Shown piece after piece: positions 59,308 to 64,000 of a stretch of 64,000 nt of DNA (position 1 is the first letter of the stretch; the number at the start of each line of letters is the position of its first letter). The position numbers were made by a program, and so were the translations under genes. The notes beneath the pieces are model-generated. The model worked only from the letters and a program-made list of their open reading frames with translations. It did no database searches and was not told the DNA's origin. The stretch comes from Myxococcota bacterium (GTDB lineage Bacteria; Myxococcota_A; UBA796; CAJQPC01). The stretch lies in assembly GCA_036229005.1 (NCBI GenBank), contig JAZAMN010000054.1:1-64000 (forward strand). Direction: 5' to 3'.

Positions 59308-60522
59308 ATGCCTCTCCTCCTTCCCCTGCTCTTTGCCTGCACCGCCCCCAGCGACACCGCTGAGGACACCCAGACCACCGACGACACCGGCAGCCCCTCG
59401 GCCTACGACGGCTACGTGGTCGCTGACATCGTGATCACCGACAGCGGGCGCACGACCTACTTCCAGGCGGTGCCCGAGCTCAGCGGGGACATCGACAACA
59501 GCGCGGCCGTCGAGCTGGCCGGGAACGCCGAGGTCGCCGTGGTGGGCGGCTACGTGCTGGGCAGCGACACCGAGGCGCCGGTCTGGTACCGCTACACCGT
59601 CGACGCCGAGGGTCAGATCGAGGCCGCCGGCGAGATCAGCTTCGCCGCCTACGGCTGGGCGAACATCGACTACTACAACGTGTTCGTCAGCGAGGACCTG
59701 GCCCTGTCCCTGAACACCAGCCTGGCCGAGGGCATCTGGTGGAGCCCCAGCGACCTGAGCATCCTGGGCACCATCGACATGAGCCAGGTCTTGTCCGAGG
59801 GCTACTCCACCGAGCACTTTGCCCCCACCCTGGCCGACGGCCGCATCTACCTGCCCGTGCGGCACGCGGACTGGACCAACTACGTCATCAAGCACGAGAC
59901 CCGCGTGCTGGTGATCGACACCGAGAGCCAGTCCATCGTCGCGGACCTGGCGGACGACCGCTGCCCCAGCTCCGGCAGCATCATGCTCTCCCCGGACGGC
60001 ATGGCCTACACCATGAGCGACGGCCGCAACTACTCCGCGCAGATGATCGCGCGGGCCACGGGCGCCGACGAGATCCCGGTCAACTGCTTCCTGCGCTTTG
60101 ACCCCGCGGACCTGGAAGCCGGCTTCGACAGCGACTGGAGCGTCGACGTGCCCGAGCTGACGGGCGGCCGCGAGGTGGTGACCAACCTGGCCTCGGGCGA
60201 CCTGAGCTCCGGCGTGGGCTTCGCGCAGGTCATGTACGAGGAGGAGATCGACGGCGAGCCCGTGGACTTTGGCTTCTGGAGCCAGCCCTTCTCCAAGGTG
60301 TGGCGCTTCGACCTGAGCAGCGGCACCCCCAGCGCGGAGCTGGTGGAGGGCGCGCCCTTCACCGGCATCGGCTTCGGCGGCGTGGCCGTGGAGGGCGACC
60401 TGCTCATGGGCCAGTCCACCGACGGCGCCAGCTCGGACGTGCTGCGCTTTGACCCCGACACGAACACCGCCACCGAGATGTTCACCATCGAGGGCTACTT
60501 CTACCAGGCCTTCAAGCTCTGA
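59308..60522 (+). CDS. Beta-propeller lipoprotein, MxcI/DUF4374-like partner of the TonB receptor
   Basis: LFAC lipobox, ISFAAYG, DDRCP. Context with the TBDR and PepSY genes. Confidence 0.65.
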   Translation: MPLLLPLLFACTAPSDTAEDTQTTDDTGSPSAYDGYVVADIVITDSGRTTYFQAVPELSGDIDNSAAVELAGNAEVAVVGGYVLGSDTEAPVWYRYTVDAEGQIEAAGEISFAAYGWANIDYYNVFVSEDLALSLNTSLAEGIWWSPSDLSILGTIDMSQVLSEGYSTEHFAPTLADGRIYLPVRHADWTNYVIKHETRVLVIDTESQSIVADLADDRCPSSGSIMLSPDGMAYTMSDGRNYSAQMIARATGADEIPVNCFLRFDPADLEAGFDSDWSVDVPELTGGREVVTNLASGDLSSGVGFAQVMYEEEIDGEPVDFGFWSQPFSKVWRFDLSSGTPSAELVEGAPFTGIGFGGVAVEGDLLMGQSTDGASSDVLRFDPDTNTATEMFTIEGYFYQAFKL

Positions 60523-60749
60523 GGGTCGCCGGGGGGTCGCAAGACCCCCATACAAAAACCTGGGCTGCTGCGCGCACACCTGCGCGCGCGGCCGGCTCGG
60601 AGGGGGGCCGGGAGCTGCCCGACAAAGCCAAAGCGGGAGTCGGCCTTGGCCGGCTTCCCGACGCGCCGAGGGCTGCTTCCGCTCCTGTCCCCCCGGAGAG
60701 CCCGCGGAGGGTGACCCCGGCTCCGCCGGGGTTCAGGGGGGCGCGAGAC
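60523..60749 (+). repeat. Type-B copy of the structured repeat
   Basis: Closely similar to 28890-29110 (gctcggaggggggccgggagct...gacaaagccaaagcgggagtcggcc...). Confidence 0.9.
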
Positions 60750-60809
60750 AGGCCCAGCGGGCGGGAATTGAGGCCGGGGCCGCGGTGCGCCAGAGGCTCC
60801 CCTCAGCTG
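60750..60809 (+). repeat. Degenerate direct repeat of 55201-55260
   Basis: 53/60 identical by manual ungapped alignment to the 3' part of the oxidoreductase gene. Confidence 0.85.
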
Positions 60810-60817
60810 TTCCCGCT

Positions 60818-60987
60818 CTGGAGGGCCTGCCGGGGGTGGGGCCCAAGCGGCGCAAGGCGCTGCTCACGCATTTGGGAACCTCAAGCGGGTGAAGGCGGTC
60901 AGCGCGGAGGAGATCGCGGAGGTCCCGGGGATAGGGACGGGGTCGGCGCAGAAGATCTGGGCGGCGCTGCAGGAGCCAGAGGGGTAA
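60818..60987 (+). pseudogene. uvrC: Frameshifted remnant of the UvrC C-terminal (HhH)2 domain
   Basis: LEGLPGVGPKRRKALLTH, then a 1-nt shift near 60871, then GNLKRVKAVSAEEIAEVPGIGTGSAQKIWAAL...TAA. Confidence 0.75.
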
Positions 60988-61003
60988 GGGGCGGCGCCCC
61001 GGT

Positions 61004-61269
61004 GGCTACGGGGGTTCAATGAGCGCAGGGGGGCGGCTAGTGGCTTTCAATGAGCGCCTCGCTGAGGCTACGGGTGCTCGGTGAGCGCTTCTCCCTGAAT
61101 CTTGGGCCCCAGGAGCGGAATCTGGGCCGTTTTGAACCCCAATTGGGGCCGATCGGGGGCTCTGGGCGCCAGATCGGTGGGCGGATCGCACACCGGTGGG
61201 GCGTAGCCTCGAAGGACCGCTCATTCAGAGGACGTAGCCGCCGGGTTCGCTCATTCGGCCGGCGTAGCC
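61004..61269. repeat. Mirror-symmetric array of six 22-bp sites
   Basis: GGCTA-N11-TGAGCG at 61004, 61035 and 61066. Inverted copies at 61187, 61218 and 61248. Confidence 0.85.
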
Positions 61270-61307
61270 GCCAGTCCCAGGGCCTCTCCATCCTCCCGAG
61301 CCAGCCA

Positions 61308-61693
61308 GGCGCGCACACGTGCGCGCGCGGCCGGGAGTTCGGGCGGCCGAGGCGTTCGGCTCAAGCCAAAGAAGCGGCGAAGCCGCGCCGACGCGCAGGG
61401 CCGAATGCCTCGCACCCGTCCGACCGAACTCCCCGCGGGGGGTGATCCCGGTCTGCCGGGGTTCAGGGGCGCGAGCCCACATCCCCTCTCACCACAGGCG
61501 AGGCTTCGGTGCGCAAACCTGCGCCCGAAACCCGGGAGTTCGGGCGGCCGAGGCGTTCGGCTCAAGCCAAAGAAGCGGCGCAGCCGCGCCGACGCGCAGG
61601 GCCGAATGCCTCGCACCCGTCCGACCGAACTCCCCGCGGGGGGTGACCCCGGCCCCGCCGGGGTTCAGGGGGGTCGCGAGACCCCCATAAAAA
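61308..61693 (+). repeat. Two tandem type-A structured repeat units
   Basis: ccgggagttcgggcggccgaggcg...ccgaccgaactcccc at 61331 and 61532. Confidence 0.9.
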
Positions 61694-62623
61694 CTACTGC
61701 GCTTCCACCCACTCCTGCCAGGCGCGCTGCCGGGTGTCTTCGAGCGCGTGCTTGGCCAGGGTGCGGGCCACGGTCTGGGTGCCGGTGTGGGCGGTGTAGG
61801 CGGTGCTCGCGTCCAGGGCGGCGGCGATGTAGTCCCCGGCGCCGTCGGCCACGTTGACGATGCCCTTGACCTGCTGCAGCACGCCGGCCTGGGTGAGCTG
61901 CTTCTCTTCGACGAAGCGCCCCACCCACTCGCCGGTGGTGTCCAGGGTCTTGAGGATGAAGTCCTTCTTCTGCCCCACGTTGTCGCCGGGCAGGCGCTCG
62001 CCGAGCTTGGAGAACACGGGGTTGCTCAGCAGCTTGTCGCTGGCCAGGTCACTGACGTTGTTCAGGATGATGCGGATGAAGTCCGGCCCCAGGGGGAGCA
62101 GCCCGTCGAAGCTGACCCAGGCGGCCAGGCGCATGGTGTCGTGGGTGCCGTAGTCCTGGATGGCGCCGGCGAACTTGGCCAAACCCTCGGGACCGGCAGT
62201 GGGGCGCCCGTTGAGCAGGCCGAAGGCGACCAGCTCGGCGACCAGCTTGAGGGCGGCGTCGATGGACTGGGTGGTCGCGGGCTTGGGGGTCATCTGCTTG
62301 AGGAAGCCCCCGCCGAAGTTGCCCAGCAGATCCCCGACCTTGGAGGCGACGGCGGCCCCAGCGGCGACCTGATCGACGGTGTCCACCAGGGTGTAGACCT
62401 GCAGGGCCTGCCCGTAGCGCGGGTCCGCGAGCTGCATGGCCTGGGCGCGCTTGGCGATGGCCATCACCACCTTGGGCTTGTCCACCTGGGCCACGTCCAT
62501 GACCAACTTGGGGAAGTTGTTGTGGTTGTGCCACTCGCCCGGGACGACCTTGTCCAGGGTGCGCAAGGCGGTGACGGTGAGGCCGCTGTCGGGCAGCTTG
62601 TGCAGAGAAGTGATGACGTCCAT
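61694..62623 (-). CDS. Helical hypothetical protein
   Basis: Good codon bias. Motifs VVPGEW, TPKP...QSIDAALKLVAEL, DGLLPLGPDF, HTGTQTVAR. Confidence 0.75.
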   Translation of the reverse strand: MDVITSLHKLPDSGLTVTALRTLDKVVPGEWHNHNNFPKLVMDVAQVDKPKVVMAIAKRAQAMQLADPRYGQALQVYTLVDTVDQVAAGAAVASKVGDLLGNFGGGFLKQMTPKPATTQSIDAALKLVAELVAFGLLNGRPTAGPEGLAKFAGAIQDYGTHDTMRLAAWVSFDGLLPLGPDFIRIILNNVSDLASDKLLSNPVFSKLGERLPGDNVGQKKDFILKTLDTTGEWVGRFVEEKQLTQAGVLQQVKGIVNVADGAGDYIAAALDASTAYTAHTGTQTVARTLAKHALEDTRQRAWQEWVEAQ

Positions 62624-62680
62624 CTCCCTGACCTACCACGGCGCGCTGTGTCACCGCTGTGACCTTGGACGCGCCCCCGC

Positions 62681-63166
62681 TCAGAACAAGCTGAGCCGCC
62701 CCTCCCGCGCCAGCAGCCGCCGCTTGCGGGCGATCCCCCAGCGGAATCCCCCCAGGCCGCCGTCGCGCCGCAGCACCCGGTGGCAGGGCACCAGCACCGC
62801 GATGGGGTTCGCCGCCACCGCCCCCGCCACCGCTCGGACCGCGCTCTCCGGCCGCCCAAGGGAGCGCGTCAGCTCGGAGTAGCTCAGGGTCTGGCCCCAG
62901 CGGGTTTGGGTCAGGCCCAGCCAGACCTCGACTTGGAAGGGGGTCCCTTGGAGATCCAGGGGCACCGCGGGGGTCTGATCGGTGTGGAGGGAGTGAAGGA
63001 GGCCCTCCAGCCCCTCGTCCCCCACCTCCTGCAGATCCGCGTTGGGCAGCGCCTCTCGCAGGCACGCCTTGGCCAAGGCGAGGTCATCCGCGAGCTGAAG
63101 GCACACCACCCCGCGCGCACTGACAGCCACCCCCGCGAAGCCCAGCTCCGTGGGGGCGAACGACAC
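62681..63166 (-). CDS. ogt: Methylated-DNA--protein-cysteine methyltransferase
   Basis: GTPFQ..VW, RAVA.A...NP, active site PCHRV. Confidence 0.92.
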   Translation of the reverse strand: MSFAPTELGFAGVAVSARGVVCLQLADDLALAKACLREALPNADLQEVGDEGLEGLLHSLHTDQTPAVPLDLQGTPFQVEVWLGLTQTRWGQTLSYSELTRSLGRPESAVRAVAGAVAANPIAVLVPCHRVLRRDGGLGGFRWGIARKRRLLAREGRLSLF

Positions 63167-63180
63167 CCGCAGGGGCGCGC

Positions 63181-64000
63181 TCAGCAGCAGGCCTGGGGGC
63201 TGCCCTCGTCAAAGGGGACGCCGCTGCCGCAGTCGGTGAAGATGCCCAGGTGCGTGGAGAAGTCGCCGCGCAGCTCGAAGAAGGGGGCAAAGCGCGTGTC
63301 GGCCAGCATCTTGTCGGTGTTGCCGCAGACGGGCTTCCACTGGTCCTTCTGGAAGACGTGGTGGTCGTCCAGGGTGAACGCGGCGTCCTGCTGCTCGATG
63401 CCGCCCAGGTAGCGGGCCTCGTGGCCGTAGTCTTCGCAGGCGGGCTCCAGGCCAGGCAGCTTGAAGAGGCGGTAGGTCACCGAGTAGAAGCGGTAGCCCT
63501 TGACCTTGGCCTCCACGCCCGGGTTGTCTACCGTCAGGCGGCGGGACTCGACCACGCGGGGATCGCCGAAGCCGGCCGCCTTCGCCAGGTTCTGGAAGTC
63601 GTTCCAGTAGAGCGCGCCGCCCAGGCACTCGCCATAGAGCTCGCGGTCGTTCTGGAGGTCCTCGGGCAGGCGGCGGTCGCAGTACACGTCCGAGAAGTAG
63701 AACTCCCCGCCCTCGCGCAGCACCCGGTGGGCCTCGGAGAGGACGGCGGCCTTGTCGGTCGCCAGGTTGACCACACAGTTGGACACGATGAGGTCGACGC
63801 TCTCATCGGCGATCCCGGCGCCGGCGAGGTCCATGATGTTGCCCTTGACGAACGCCACGTTGGACTGCGCGTAGCCAAAGCGCTCGCGGTGCCAGTCCAG
63901 GTGGGCGCGGGCCACGTCGAGTTGCTCGTCCGTCATGTCCAGGCCCAGCACCGAGCCCTGCTCGCCCACAAGCTGCGAGAGCAGGTAGCAGTCGCGCCCG
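63181..64000 (-). CDS. arsM: Arsenite methyltransferase (ArsM/AS3MT-like), 5' truncated
   Basis: GRDCY, GLDMT, SNCVVNL, GECLGGALYW, VCGNT, C-terminal CC. Confidence 0.85.
   Translation of the reverse strand, partial: GRDCYLLSQLVGEQGSVLGLDMTDEQLDVARAHLDWHRERFGYAQSNVAFVKGNIMDLAGAGIADESVDLIVSNCVVNLATDKAAVLSEAHRVLREGGEFYFSDVYCDRRLPEDLQNDRELYGECLGGALYWNDFQNLAKAAGFGDPRVVESRRLTVDNPGVEAKVKGYRFYSVTYRLFKLPGLEPACEDYGHEARYLGGIEQQDAAFTLDDHHVFQKDQWKPVCGNTDKMLADTRFAPFFELRGDFSTHLGIFTDCGSGVPFDEGSPQACC

Noticed and set aside
61004..61269. Mini-CRISPR or simple terminator
   Set aside because: The 31-bp period is too short for repeat plus spacer, the halves are inverted, and the spacers between boxes do not pair.

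Overview
High-GC, gene-dense bacterial window, most likely Myxococcota-like (inferred from cdnL/carD, the MbnPH pair, MopE-type repeats, an MxcI-like lipoprotein and many lipoproteins). Housekeeping genes (carD/cdnL, cysS, rph, rdgB, cyclophilin, modABC, oxyR-like, ogt, arsM-like) are mixed with envelope and metal-handling genes (TonB receptor/PepSY cassette with a Fur-like box, MbnP/MbnH, cytochrome P460-like, c-type cytochromes, Ig-repeat/beta-barrel protein). There is also a 1600-aa DUF4157 (HExxH) effector-like gene with two coupled partners, and a TerB-FHA-ABC three-gene module. No tRNA, rRNA, CRISPR, transposase or integrase was seen. The most unusual signals are four. (1) A family of ~205-215 bp tandem, same-strand structured repeats with compensatory base changes, G.T pairs, GNRA loops and invariant junction motifs (28460-29123, 53611-53670, 60523-60749, 61308-61693). 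(2) A mirror-symmetric array of six 22-bp GGCTA-N11-TG(A/T)GCG sites at 30-31 bp period (61004-61269), next to a duplicated gene 3' end and a frameshifted uvrC tail. (3) Many exported proteins with ultrashort, uncharged signal peptides (lipobox Cys at residue 8-11). (4) Several apparently leaderless genes. All family calls come from motif recognition by eye; no database searches were run.
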